64,000 bases of DNA from a virus. Position numbers and translations under genes: made by a program. The DNA is taken from positions 1 through 64,000 of the IMG/VR virus record IMGVR_UViG_3300037466_003456. The stretch is one strand, 5' to 3'. The notes beneath the pieces were generated by a model, which saw nothing but the letters and a program-made list of their open reading frames with translations, did not search any database and was not told where the DNA came from. Within the stretch, counting starts at the first letter, position 1. Each line of letters opens with the position of its first letter. Shown here one piece after another: positions 38,310 through 48,900 of this stretch.

Positions 38310-38546
38310 TTATGCTTCTGCTAATCTGCTTTCCAGTTTATCTTTTAAACTTTTCATTTCCTCCATTACCTGGCTGATTCGTTTGATACATTCTTCTGGG
38401 TTATTTGCACCTTTAAGAAATTCTCTGCATAATTTTAAAAAATGCATTGTTGTCGCCTTTACTATATCGCTTGGCTGCTTATATGCTAATTCTGCGATTT
38501 CCAATTGTATATCCTGACATTCGTCTAATAATTGTTCTACCTTCAT
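38310..38546 (-). CDS. Hypothetical helical protein
   Basis: 78 aa with RBS, promoter motif and terminator. Confidence 0.6.
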   Translation of the reverse strand: MKVEQLLDECQDIQLEIAELAYKQPSDIVKATTMHFLKLCREFLKGANNPEECIKRISQVMEEMKSLKDKLESRLAEA

Positions 38547-38631
38547 TTTTCATCTCTCCTTTAGTTTTATTCACTTTTCTTATAACAGGAAAAAGATAGA
38601 AAAAAATAAAGGACCCCGAAGGGCCCTCATG

Positions 38632-38781
38632 TTATAACCACAATAGGAATAATCCAAATCCTATTACCAACGATATTGCTAATACTTCATTTGCTATTTC
38701 TTCTTTCTCAGTGAAATAACTGTCTTCATCTGATCTTACTCTAAATCCTTTGTCTGTTGTTTCAATTGTATACTTGCTCAT
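38632..38781 (-). CDS. 49-aa protein with C-terminal TM (absent from the ORF track)
   Basis: MSKYTIETTDKGFRV...ISLVIGFGLFLLWL; RBS AAGGAG. Confidence 0.6.
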   Translation of the reverse strand: MSKYTIETTDKGFRVRSDEDSYFTEKEEIANEVLAISLVIGFGLFLLWL

Positions 38782-38845
38782 ACTTCCATCTCCTTAAATT
38801 GTTATTGTCTTCCACTTTTCTTATAACAGCTTTTTGGACAAATAT

Positions 38846-39067
38846 TTATCGGAACCGGCTCGCCTTTTTAATCACTTCAACAATCCCAGCACTTAGCAAC
38901 CCGATGCCACCATCAATGAAAAACAGAATGACTAATCCTAATGCCGCGATAATGATGGATGATACGATAATCGTTTTCTTTTTGTTTGGTGGTGGTGTTA
39001 CCCCAGTTGATTCGTTTACACATACCATGCTGTCACCTTGACGCTTAAATCTAAGTTGTCTCTCCAT
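38846..39067 (-). CDS. Small membrane protein
   Basis: 73 aa, TM IIVSSIIIAALGLVILFF; RBS GGAGGG. Confidence 0.6.
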   Translation of the reverse strand: MERQLRFKRQGDSMVCVNESTGVTPPPNKKKTIIVSSIIIAALGLVILFFIDGGIGLLSAGIVEVIKKASRFR

Positions 39068-39264
39068 GATGAAAACCCTCCTTAAAATTAAAAAAGCAGA
39101 ACCTTTTTCGGTTCTGCCTTCATCGCTTTGCTAAGTATTCTAATAATCTTATCTTCTGCGTCGCTGTTAAATTTCGCCATACTCTCACTTTAATCATCAT
39201 TCATTCTCACTCCTTTTGTTTTCTCCACTCTCCTTATAACAGGAAAACAAAGGTAGTTAAAAAA

Positions 39265-40494
39265 TTACCTCTTTACGAAAACATCTAAATATGAGAATTC
39301 CTTGTTTGGCGGAATAGGCACACCATTTTTAAATTTATAACCCATTCGTTCCAGTTTCCCACGAACACCAAGAGCCGACCTACCAATCCGTTCCCCGATG
39401 TCTTCCATACAATGACCTTTCATAACCATTGATTCAATTAGCTCCACTTGTTTCGGTGTATATTCATCGACTGGGCGAGCGGTAATATTTAATTTTCTCA
39501 TACGGTTTTTTAGTGAACTCACAGAACGACCAGTCTTTTTTGATATTTCCACGACGGTGAGATTTTCGTTGCACATTTGGATAAGTTTTTGTGATTCTTC
39601 CTCTGTCCATACTTTCCGTGTTTCCTTTTTAGGAAGCTGTGCGCGCAGCTGATCTATTGCCAAACGTCCGCTTGAATCTCTCGTTGGTATATATTCTTTT
39701 AACTGCACTTGAAGTTGGTCATATCTAATTTTGTCTCTGACCGAACCTACAGTCCTTTCAAGAGCAAAGGCCAATTCTACAATATTATATTTATGGTCTT
39801 TCCCCAATTCTAACAGCTGACGAACTTCTTCTTCAGACCAATTTGGACGTTCATGTGCCGATATGATGACGTCATCTGGATAAGCAATATTTGCGCGGAT
39901 TGGTCGAGCTTTTAAGCCGAGATTTTTTATTCTAGCTTTGATTGCTCCTTGACTTCGATTTAGGCGGTCGCTAATCTCTGCGTAGGTATAAATATAAGCA
40001 GACAGCATCCCTTTTAAAATGTTGTCTTCTTCGGTTGTCCATGCCGATTCGTTGCTCTTTTTGACCTTTCTTGCTTTGATATAATCCGCATTCCGTTTTT
40101 CCTTTAGCCAATTGGGTTCCTTGCCCAGTGAGTTCGGTCCTATTTTAGAGAAATCAACCATGTGCTTATTCGCTTCAAGCCATTTCCATAAATCCTTTTC
40201 TTTCACGACCAGAATTCGTTTTTCTGCGGTAAACTTTTTCGTCTTAGCAGGGAAGTCATATCGTTCGACCCAATTCATAATCCGTTTATAATCCACTTTC
40301 AAATATTTTGATAAGGAGTGAAGGGTAAAGCCTTCATAGTTATCAATAGGTCTCCCAAGTCCAAGTCTATTGGCTTTTAGCTTAATAGCATCTTCTGATC
40401 TGCCTAACTTTTTACTGATGGTTGGGAGAGAGTAGGTACCCCACCATTCTTCCAGCGCATCGACTTCTTCTCCCGTCCATTTCTTAACGCCCAT
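39265..40494 (-). CDS. DNA-binding protein with about five Myb/SANT-like HTH repeats
   Basis: Repeats KWTGEE, AWTTEE, NWSEEE, VWTEEE and EYTPKQ, each followed by (L/T/I)xRSxxAIxx(K/R). Confidence 0.75.
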   Translation of the reverse strand: MGVKKWTGEEVDALEEWWGTYSLPTISKKLGRSEDAIKLKANRLGLGRPIDNYEGFTLHSLSKYLKVDYKRIMNWVERYDFPAKTKKFTAEKRILVVKEKDLWKWLEANKHMVDFSKIGPNSLGKEPNWLKEKRNADYIKARKVKKSNESAWTTEEDNILKGMLSAYIYTYAEISDRLNRSQGAIKARIKNLGLKARPIRANIAYPDDVIISAHERPNWSEEEVRQLLELGKDHKYNIVELAFALERTVGSVRDKIRYDQLQVQLKEYIPTRDSSGRLAIDQLRAQLPKKETRKVWTEEESQKLIQMCNENLTVVEISKKTGRSVSSLKNRMRKLNITARPVDEYTPKQVELIESMVMKGHCMEDIGERIGRSALGVRGKLERMGYKFKNGVPIPPNKEFSYLDVFVKR

Positions 40495-40522
40495 ACGTTA
40501 CCTCCTAGAAACTGCTCCTTTC

Positions 40523-40551
40523 ATTGTAATAGGGAATGGTTACATTATGAA
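40523..40551 (-). promoter_or_regulatory. SigA-like promoter
   Basis: TTCATA-17 nt-TACAAT upstream of the Myb-repeat gene. Confidence 0.5.
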
Positions 40552-40614
40552 AGTAGCAAAATAGAAAATTAGAAAAAGAAAAAGAGAAAAGGAGACAATT
40601 TTATAGTTGTCTCC

Positions 40615-40749
40615 TCATCCCGCTTTGTTGACTTTATTCAGCTGCAATAATTCCCACGTTAAGTTAATGAATTTTTCTTGGTCCTGATCCTCTAATGCCT
40701 GGAGCATCTGGTCAATAACCTCCTCTTTAGGCGACTTGTTCTCTATCAT
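40615..40749 (-). CDS. 44-aa hypothetical protein
   Basis: MIENKSPKEEVIDQMLQAL...; overlaps the upstream ORF end. Confidence 0.45.
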   Translation of the reverse strand: MIENKSPKEEVIDQMLQALEDQDQEKFINLTWELLQLNKVNKAG

Positions 40750-40999
40750 TCTTCTCATCCTTTCTTATTTTTCTGCGAGTTTCTATATATTTTTTGATCA
40801 CATCTCGAGTAAATTCTTCTTCCGTTTTGTTGTAGTATTCTAAGGCGTCTTCAAAAGATAGGTCAGTAATGAAATAATGACTAAAATCATCTTTTAATTC
40901 TGAAATGGAAGTGGCTAAGTGGCAATATCCATAAGCGGCAGGGTAACAGGCATCACCGACAATAGTTTCGTAATTATAATCGTAACCAAACGTTTTCAT
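40727..40999 (-). CDS. Hypothetical protein
   Basis: 90 aa with RBS AAGGAG. Confidence 0.6.
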   Translation of the reverse strand: MKTFGYDYNYETIVGDACYPAAYGYCHLATSISELKDDFSHYFITDLSFEDALEYYNKTEEEFTRDVIKKYIETRRKIRKDEKNDREQVA

Positions 41000-41012
41000 A
41001 TTTCATCTCTCC

Positions 41013-41144
41013 TTAAATAAAAAATAACATATCATCGTCATTATTCGGTTGAACCCAATCACAATCTCCACAGCCATATATATCAACACTTTCAACATTT
41101 ACATCAACGACTTGCAATTTTTGATTACAGAATGGACAATTCAT
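41013..41144 (-). CDS. 43-aa zinc-ribbon protein
   Basis: CPFC...CGDC; RBS GAGGAG. Confidence 0.55.
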   Translation of the reverse strand: MNCPFCNQKLQVVDVNVESVDIYGCGDCDWVQPNNDDDMLFFI

Positions 41145-41146
41145 TT

Positions 41147-41383
41147 TTAACACTCCTCATCTTCATCATCTAATTTAATCACAATCATGGATTTGCTAGT
41201 ATTCTTTCTTTTGTTTAACTTTTTCTGATAGGACGGTGTAGTGTAATACCAAATAGTGTAAGGTTTCATTCCTGTATAGTCTGCACACTCTTCAAGCGTT
41301 CCTAAACAAATAAAGGAGTCGCCTTTATATACGGCGTACTCCTTTACAGTCTGTTCATTCATACTCATATGTTCACTCCTCAA
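41147..41383 (-). CDS. Small possible DNA-binding protein
   Basis: YAVYKGDSFICLGTLEECADYTGMKPYTI, HTH-like; the true start is probably a few codons downstream. Confidence 0.55.
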   Translation of the reverse strand: MRSEHMSMNEQTVKEYAVYKGDSFICLGTLEECADYTGMKPYTIWYYTTPSYQKKLNKRKNTSKSMIVIKLDDEDEEC

Positions 41384-41492
41384 TCAATTGATCCCAGCAT
41401 TCCTTACAGTATTTTTCTTCTTCAAAAAATATCGTTACTTGGATAGTTAGTTCTGATTCAGGAAATTCATTGTTACAATTACAGCACCTCAT
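41373..41492 (-). CDS. 39-aa Cys-rich peptide
   Basis: MRCCNC...CKEC; ATGA overlap with the helicase stop. Confidence 0.45.
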   Translation of the reverse strand: MRCCNCNNEFPESELTIQVTIFFEEEKYCKECWDQLIEE

Positions 41493-43507
41493 ACCGGAAA
41501 CTCCAACTCAGCCAACAAGGACTCTAAATCACGATCCAAGTCATCCAAATTTATATCCGGAATTTCTTCATAATCCCTTTCCCCAAACATCAAGGCCTGA
41601 ATAATTTCTTCGCCCTTTTGTCGGTCTGTTTCATCCGGGATATTTGCTACTACTGCTTTTAATCCCACAATGTTTAATTCGCCTTCGATGATTCCAGACT
41701 GGAACCGAACGCGATCCGCACCAAATTCCTCTTTCAAGAAGCGCACCCGTTTCCATGCTTGCGATTCGAAGAAAGGAACATTAACATCAAGGACATCAAA
41801 AGATTCACCAATGGAGCCATCCTCACGCATACGAACGGTACGTCCAGCTCTCTGTGGTTCCCGTACTTCTGAACCCCCTGCATTAAAACGGACAATTTTA
41901 GAGGCATTTTTCGCATTGAAACCAACATCAAACACACTGGTTCCAATTAATACTTTAAACTCTCCATTTCGGTAAGCAGCAATCGTATCCTGCCGTAGTT
42001 TCTTTGGCGTATCTCCGTCAATATAATGGATATCATTTTCGTCCATTCCCATTTCTACTAGGATGTTCTTCACGATTTCCCCATGTGCCTTTCGGGTTAC
42101 AAGCGCAAGGACATAATAATCTTTTGCCCATTCCACGACCTTATTACAAAGGAATCGATTACGCACGTCGTTCTGAACAATAAAAATGTCATAGGCCTGA
42201 TGATAGTCCAGCTTCAAATCCTTCATAATCTTTTTATCCATCTTGTGGTCAAATTTCGTAAAATGACCGATGAACTCTGCTAATCTTCCTTTTTCAATCT
42301 GTTCGCCTGCAGAAGACACATAGCGCTGTTCACCTGTCGCAGCTACAATTTGAATCCCTCCGCCATCTGTTCGAACAGGGGTTGCCGAAAGGGTATAGCG
42401 GTAGGGGGCAGGGCAGGCATGAAGAAACTCATTCCACGAATCGGTTCCTAATACTTGGGCTTCATCCACGACAAACAGATCAACGCTTTGAAGGAAAGGA
42501 ATAATTTCGGCATGTCGTTTCAACTGCTTTTCGATGCTGCGGACACGGTTTTGAAACTTCTTTACTTCCTTCTCGCATTCCTTTTTATGCTCTTCATCGG
42601 TAGCAAATTGAAGGCGCTGTTCGGCTAGTTCGAGTTGATAATTCGCCACCTGTTGTTCCTTTGCAGTGGGAGGTTTCAAAGCAACAGAAATGGTTTGAAT
42701 GCTTGCAACCGTTATGTCACCTGGTTCGAATACTCCGTCGCCAATCATGCCAATCTTAATATCGTTGCCAGCAAAGACTTCATCGAAATCTGCTTTGGCA
42801 TCATCCGTCAAAACACGCTGATTCGCAATGAACATGGAACGGACACCTTTCTTAGCGATAAGAGAAGATGCTACGAAACTCGTTTTTCCAAATCCAGTGG
42901 GTAACTTTCCGATGCCACAATTCGCCGCGTCCAGTGCTTCAACGGAGGCAAATTGGTCTTCTGTAGGTTCAAAGGAGAACGTCGTCTTTAAATTGAAATA
43001 AGGTTCAGGATACTCGAATTCTCTTTCTACATGATAAGGAATGTCGTGTTTGTCTAAGATGGAGAGAATCCGTTCCAATAATCCTGACGGAAAACAGCCT
43101 TCTGTCACATTGAACAAATGGACATAGCCGCTCCATGTTTTCCCGTACAGCTTAGAGTTTTTTGCCTTTTTGTCCAAATAAGAAGTCGCTGGAATAATCT
43201 CATTCCAAGGAAGTCCTGCTCCTTGGATGTAACAAGTGGCAGGCATCCATTTGATAAAAATAGGGTTCTTTTTATTTAAAACAAAGTTGTTGGCGAACTT
43301 TTCATAAGAAAGCGAAAAGCCTAGTTGTTCCCGATACTTCTGACTTAACACTTCACGAACCACATTAAAGTGTTCGAGGGATATATAAAAATTGTTTTTG
43401 TAGTCTCTCGATTTAACTTCCTTCATGGCTTGAAGGTCGCCTTTAAATTCCTTAATATCGGCAATCTGGGAGAAGATCAATTCATTATTCTTTAAGTCTA
43501 AGAACAT
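41489..43507 (-). CDS. Superfamily 2 (DEAD/DEAH-like) helicase
   Basis: LPTGFGKT (I), DEAQ (II), SAT (III), VFDVGFN (V) and QRAGRTVR (VI). Confidence 0.92.
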   Translation of the reverse strand: MFLDLKNNELIFSQIADIKEFKGDLQAMKEVKSRDYKNNFYISLEHFNVVREVLSQKYREQLGFSLSYEKFANNFVLNKKNPIFIKWMPATCYIQGAGLPWNEIIPATSYLDKKAKNSKLYGKTWSGYVHLFNVTEGCFPSGLLERILSILDKHDIPYHVEREFEYPEPYFNLKTTFSFEPTEDQFASVEALDAANCGIGKLPTGFGKTSFVASSLIAKKGVRSMFIANQRVLTDDAKADFDEVFAGNDIKIGMIGDGVFEPGDITVASIQTISVALKPPTAKEQQVANYQLELAEQRLQFATDEEHKKECEKEVKKFQNRVRSIEKQLKRHAEIIPFLQSVDLFVVDEAQVLGTDSWNEFLHACPAPYRYTLSATPVRTDGGGIQIVAATGEQRYVSSAGEQIEKGRLAEFIGHFTKFDHKMDKKIMKDLKLDYHQAYDIFIVQNDVRNRFLCNKVVEWAKDYYVLALVTRKAHGEIVKNILVEMGMDENDIHYIDGDTPKKLRQDTIAAYRNGEFKVLIGTSVFDVGFNAKNASKIVRFNAGGSEVREPQRAGRTVRMREDGSIGESFDVLDVNVPFFESQAWKRVRFLKEEFGADRVRFQSGIIEGELNIVGLKAVVANIPDETDRQKGEEIIQALMFGERDYEEIPDINLDDLDRDLESLLAELEFPV

Positions 43508-43573
43508 ATTGTTCTCCTTTCATAATTTCGCAGTTTGATAATTCAATATTATCATAACTATAAAATTACGAAT

Positions 43574-43783
43574 TTAAATAATTTCATCACAATGCAGATT
43601 ACAACCGCAATACGTACAATAGTTTAAATGTTCCATCTTGATGCCCTTATCCTGTTTAATGAAGGAGAAAATGCTAACATCATGTTTACGTATTTCTAAC
43701 GCCTTTTGTCTCATTTCCTTCTCCGTCATTCCTTCACAAACGTGAATATAACTTTCTTGAGAGTTTTTATCTTTAATGAACAT
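43574..43783 (-). CDS. Hypothetical protein with a Cys cluster
   Basis: 69 aa ending CTYCGCNLHC. Confidence 0.55.
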   Translation of the reverse strand: MFIKDKNSQESYIHVCEGMTEKEMRQKALEIRKHDVSIFSFIKQDKGIKMEHLNYCTYCGCNLHCDEII

Positions 43784-43808
43784 TGTTTATTCCCCCTTAT
43801 AAAATTAG

Positions 43809-43837
43809 AAAAAGGGACAATTATGTAATTGTCCCTT
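43809..43837 (-). terminator. Intrinsic terminator-like hairpin
   Basis: AAGGGACAATTA-CA-TAATTGTCCCTT plus U-tract. Confidence 0.7.
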
Positions 43838-43844
43838 CGTGTTT

Positions 43845-44861
43845 TTAATCGAATTGAATTTTCCTTGGATCGTAACCTTCTTTAATCAATTCATTGCCAA
43901 TGATAAAGGCACCCATAATCATTCCAAGATAAGCCAGCATTTGTCCGTTGCCATCAAACTCTCGTTTACCTGCCAGAATCGCCATCATCATCTCAAACGA
44001 AACCATGATACCAAACTTGGTGATAGCCTTTGCTTTGTTTGTTCTGAGCCAGGCCTTTACGTTATGCCACATGTTTTTGAATCGGAATTTCTTTCCGGCG
44101 AACAGTTTCTTATAGTTAGCTGGACGGTCATCTGGTGTGCGATATCCTTTTCCATCCACTGCAGCTTGATAGGCCATATTTTTATCATCATCGAGATTAT
44201 CCCAATAAGCCCTTTTCTTCGCATCCAGATCATCCGCATCGATGACGGTTTCCCGATTGGTTCTTTTGCTTTTATATTGTTTTTCATTCAAGTTTACTCG
44301 GCTTGTGAATCCACTGCTACGGAATCGATAAGAGGTATCCTCGCCCATTACTCTTTGATAGGTCTTTTCATTCTCCTTTTGCTGTTCCGACTTCTGACTC
44401 ATCTGGAGTAATCCTGCTATGACCTTTTCTTTCTTCTCCTTGTATTCTTGGATATTCAGTGGATCCTCTGTATCTACAGTAAATTCTGTCACCTGTTTGA
44501 TTTTCTCGGATGCGTCATATTCAATATTGTCTATCCGTTGTTTTTCAGCCAATTCCAGAGCTTCCTTAGAACCTTCTGTCATTTCCTGAGCGATTTGGGT
44601 AAGCATTTTAGATGGATCATCGATTTCTTCTAAATTGACTTCCTCTTCAAGATCACACCAGGACAGAAATTTTTCTAAGTTCATGGCAGCTTCTTCTTTT
44701 TGGATTTCCTCAAGGGTTCGGTTATCATCCGGTAACGTTCCGTCTTCCGCCTTCTTCATAAACTTTTTCACAAACGCTTCATTGCTGACATCATCAAGCT
44801 GGGCTAATACATTTTCCCTTTGACCTTGATGTTCTTCAGCATCAATTATGATTCTTCTCAT
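43845..44861 (-). CDS. Acidic hypothetical protein with C-terminal membrane anchor
   Basis: 338 aa; two hydrophobic segments near the C-terminus. Confidence 0.65.
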   Translation of the reverse strand: MRRIIIDAEEHQGQRENVLAQLDDVSNEAFVKKFMKKAEDGTLPDDNRTLEEIQKEEAAMNLEKFLSWCDLEEEVNLEEIDDPSKMLTQIAQEMTEGSKEALELAEKQRIDNIEYDASEKIKQVTEFTVDTEDPLNIQEYKEKKEKVIAGLLQMSQKSEQQKENEKTYQRVMGEDTSYRFRSSGFTSRVNLNEKQYKSKRTNRETVIDADDLDAKKRAYWDNLDDDKNMAYQAAVDGKGYRTPDDRPANYKKLFAGKKFRFKNMWHNVKAWLRTNKAKAITKFGIMVSFEMMMAILAGKREFDGNGQMLAYLGMIMGAFIIGNELIKEGYDPRKIQFD

Positions 44862-44880
44862 TCATTCCACTTCCTTTTTG

Positions 44881-45663
44881 TTAGTCCATTTTAATGTTTC
44901 GCATACATGATTTAAGTTCTTGCCGGCCGAAGATTTCCATTGCTACTCCTATGGCACCGACAAGAACAGCCGCAATGGTGACACCGATACCATCACCTTC
45001 AGACAACTTCTTTCTACCTATCCATGCGCCAATCCCAACGATGACAGCTCCAAATCCGATGGCTATCCGTTTTTGGAAATGCTTATCTTTTAACTTTTCC
45101 TTTGTATTCTGTCTAAAGTTATCTCCTAGCTTTCCTGCGTTTTCTTTGATGCTCTCTTCATATATTTCGCTGGTTTTTGCTTTGGAATTTTCATCGAGGC
45201 ACCTTTTTACATCTAATTCATCAAAAACAGCAATCACCATTTTGTATTCTTTTCCTGGAAGCTCTTCGACCATATCCACTTTACGTCCTTTGTAATAAAC
45301 AGCGACTTCATTACTCATGAAGTTTCTTTTTTCAAAAAGCTCGTTGAGATCAGCCATTTGACGAGAATTAAAGAAACAGGAATGTCTCCCGTCCTTAAAA
45401 CTTCTCTTAATCCTTTCTGATGATTTATTTGGCATCATTTCATTTTGAAAAAGTTCCTCTGCATCAAATTCGCTCACCTCCATTTCTTGTCTAATCAATT
45501 GGTGACCACAATGAAACACTTGATCCCCTGTAACAAGGCCATCCAAAGTAATGGATAGTTCAGGGCTTAGATGATATTCGAGTCCTCCTGTTTCGATTGG
45601 CGATACAAACTCCCATGGCAATTGAATCGGTTTGATAATATGAAAATTAAATTTGAGGTTCAT
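44881..45663 (-). CDS. Hypothetical protein with two C-terminal TM segments
   Basis: 260 aa; IAIGFGAVIVGIGAW and IGVTIAAVLVGAIGVAM. Confidence 0.65.
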   Translation of the reverse strand: MNLKFNFHIIKPIQLPWEFVSPIETGGLEYHLSPELSITLDGLVTGDQVFHCGHQLIRQEMEVSEFDAEELFQNEMMPNKSSERIKRSFKDGRHSCFFNSRQMADLNELFEKRNFMSNEVAVYYKGRKVDMVEELPGKEYKMVIAVFDELDVKRCLDENSKAKTSEIYEESIKENAGKLGDNFRQNTKEKLKDKHFQKRIAIGFGAVIVGIGAWIGRKKLSEGDGIGVTIAAVLVGAIGVAMEIFGRQELKSCMRNIKMD

Positions 45664-45716
45664 TGTTCCCTCTCCTTTCTAAAATAAAAAAGGACAGCAA
45701 TATTGCTGCCCCTTTC

Positions 45717-45911
45717 TTAATCCTTTAACACTTTTAGTTTGGTTACTCCTTGCCTTACGCCCATTTCAACCTCTCTTACTACTGCGTTACCTCTTTCTTT
45801 CATTTTGCTTCCTGTATAATTATTCGCTGCTGTCCATGCTCCTAATTCCATCAATTGTGCTGCTGTTTTTAATATCATCATGCCAATTACTTTAATTCCC
45901 ATTCTTCTCAC
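45717..45911 (-). CDS. Small hypothetical protein
   Basis: About 61-64 aa; RBS GAGGTG. Confidence 0.5.
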   Translation of the reverse strand: MRRMGIKVIGMMILKTAAQLMELGAWTAANNYTGSKMKERGNAVVREVEMGVRQGVTKLKVLKD

Positions 45912-45945
45912 CTCATGTCATTTTTTTTACTTCCTTTCCATTATT

Positions 45946-45954
45946 CTTATAACA
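45946..45954 (-). promoter_or_regulatory. Copy of the TGTTATAAG promoter core
   Basis: Upstream of 45717..45911. Confidence 0.55.
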
Positions 45955-45988
45955 CTTTATAAGCAAAAAAGGAGACAACCTTCCGCCC

Positions 45989-48900
45989 TTAAAACAGGAC
46001 TTCGGCTGTCTCCTTTTTATTTCCGTATTTCACAATTTCCGTTTGCTTGGTGATGAATTGTCGTACATTCAAGGTCCAACGATACCCATTGGTGTTTTTC
46101 TTGTATCCGAACTGACGGATTAATCCATCGTCATTTAAAGTCATGCGTGTTTCAATTCGATGTTTCTTTGTATCAAAACTCTTTCCTAAAACATTTTTCA
46201 TGGCAGTATGGATTTGCTTTAAATTGAAATCCTGAGTGGCGTCCATTTCTTCTGCCAGCACCTTCAAATGAACACTATCAATTTGAAAATTATCTCCCGA
46301 TACGTCAATCGGCTTATCATAAATATGGGAAGTATTTAACACCCAATGGCGTTTGGCATATCCTAAGATTTCTTCTGCAATTGTCACGAAGATATATTCC
46401 AACTTACCTTCTAAGGTGTTCATGGAAATTTCCTTCTTCATTTCCTTCACATTATTCTCGTAGAAAGACATCAAATACTTTTCATAATCGCCACCGCACA
46501 ACCGAGCGATGGTAACGAGAGGTCGTAGAATCTGCGTTAAACGGGCGTTCCCGGTTTCTAAACGTGTATCCGTTTCGAAGATTTGTTCAACATCCGAGAA
46601 ATAGGTCAAAGCGGAAATAGCGGCTCTGGAAGTGATGCTATAGGCTTCCCCTCGACGTTCCCCTTTAAACTTCTCTGGAGTGACCAATTTCTTTAAAACA
46701 GATTCAGGGGCTTGGTGGGTTTCAACATAAATACACCGGTCAGCGATAACATCGTCAACCCCGTTGATATTACTGATTACTTTAGGGCCAAACACTTTGT
46801 AATAGGTGGTAAATCCTGTGTCTGGATCCACACGACCAACTTCCCCTTTGTCGGAATACCCTGATTTTATGACTGCCGCAAGACCAGATTCGTTTACCTT
46901 CTTGGTATCCACTAAATACTCCAATTCATCGAGAATGAACGTGCCGCCGAATTGGTGGATCGAACGGAATAAAGCAGATTCTGTGATGTTAACCACAAAG
47001 GTTGGATTAAAACCTAACAGCTGAATAATTGCATCAAGAGTAGACTTCCCTGTACCCTTCGCCCCATTCAAAACAAGGTAAGGGAATCCACTTGAGAACA
47101 ATGTGTAAAAGTAGGTGGCGTAAATCCACAATGACAGTACCTTAATGACTTCATCGGTGCTGTAATAAATGTTGCGGATGAAGCTTTCGATTTCTTGAAT
47201 GATAATGCTGGGATGATAGGACATTTCATCGATTTCATCGTTAACCCATTTGTGAATCCACTCATACTGCAAGGAAAGATTCTCTACATCCCGCACATTA
47301 GTTTCCACTTCAGTCGGCAATTCGTATTTGTTATGAATGAGCAAAAGGCTTTGCGGAGTTTTCTTTTTAAGAAGATCCAGCCGAATCTCTTCTTTTTTGT
47401 TGCTGATGAGACACGGGACCATCTTAGGGGAATCATCATCCTTCACCATTTTCGCAAAGTACATATAGCCATCTCCTTTTTCCGGGAAAAAGGATTGAGC
47501 CAGTTGAATCTTTTGCGGTGCTCGAAGCAGGTCAACTTCCTCATTCTCATAGCCATTGACTTCTCGTAAAATCTCGGCCACATCAATGTCTGATTTAATT
47601 TTACGCTGGACTTGGCGAACCAGTAGCTCGTACTTCTTTGCAGGTGCGTGGAAAATGTACCAGGCAATCTGCTTAATGATTTCACTTTTAAACTTAGATA
47701 AATGGAAGATGTCGAGAAGTTCATCCATGGTGCGCTGTGGCTCATTTTCCACCCATCGGATGTCATGGTAATAGCTGTTGATTTCGTTGCTTAGAGCGAG
47801 TTTTAAGATGTTTTTATCGGGTGTCAGATTGATAGCCTCAATATCCTTTCCTACCCGTTTTTCATACATCAACTTTCCGTTGTAAAGCAACAAATCCCCG
47901 CTGAATGTGCGGTTTGGTTTCAAATAATCAATTTCATACCGAATGCCAACAAACCGATTTTTAATTTCCCAATGATGACGAGTACCATCACGCCAAATTT
48001 TGTATCCATCAGTTTCTTGTATCTTTGCCATATCAATGGAGTTCTTTAATATTTCAATGGCATTTTCATCGTTTTTCAAAAACTCATCGATATCCTTATA
48101 TTGTTCAGGAAACTCAAGGCTTTTCACCTTCACATCAGGGAGTTCATCGCTCAGCTGCTCTCTGTATTTGTCGCCAGCATCATCATGGTCAAATGCTTCG
48201 TAGATTTCATCAAACTGTCGAAGAAGATCGTTATCAAAAAATCCTTCTGGTGCATTACCACCGATTCCCCAAACCATGAAGTTTTTCTGATAAGAGGAAG
48301 GAAGTTCTAAAAATGCTTCTTTCGTAGATTGCTTGTCATTTTCTCCTTCGACTAATATCAGAGACTTTTTCTTTTTGGATTTTAACTCCTTGGGATGGGC
48401 GAAGAAAACTCCTTCCTTATCCCCACGACTTAAATTGTTAGGAGTCATGGTGTGCCCTGTCATATTCTCGTGGGCCGTCTTTAAGTAATCGTCAAGACTG
48501 TAATAATTTTGATTACAGTCATAGTGATAACCGCCATTCGGTTTCGCTTTACCTCGACAGGTACGGACGAAGATTTTACAGTTTACCCGAACCAAGTTTC
48601 CTTTTTCATCGCAGTAAGGATAGATAAAGTAACCCTCGGGCAACCCAACTAATGCCTGGGCACGGTTGATTTCAAATTCCTCATAGCCTTCTTCAAGTAA
48701 TTTCTTTTTCAATTCTGGCCAGCCACCGGTGTAACCTACTCGATCTTCAATCAAGGTTTCTGCTTTGTGCTTACGTTTTCTTGTTAAGTAATGAAGCGGC
48801 ACAATAATTTCCTCGGAGCCAGAGCTGTAATCCGTATAGGTTACGCTTCTTAACCGGGAATGGTAGTAATCGATGGCTCTTTGACAAATCCGTTGGAAGC

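Larger units (their letters stand above)
37198..38628 (-). terminator. Five near-identical C(UUCG)G-loop intrinsic terminators
   Basis: Core CCCTTCGGGG plus U-tract on the - strand at about 37198-37213, 37483-37499, 37869-37886, 38286-38303 and 38610-38628, each just after a small ORF. Confidence 0.85.
37454..39241 (-). promoter_or_regulatory. Five copies of putative promoter core TGTTA(T/C)AAG-RRARGTG
   Basis: Plus-strand CTT(A/G)TAACA at 37454, 38257, 38579, 38820 and 39233, each about 25-45 nt upstream of a start codon. Confidence 0.7.

Noticed and set aside
43839-44411. 190-aa + strand ORF and the other antisense ORFs nested in long genes
   Set aside because: They shadow well-supported opposite-strand genes, lack RBSs and show no recognisable motifs.
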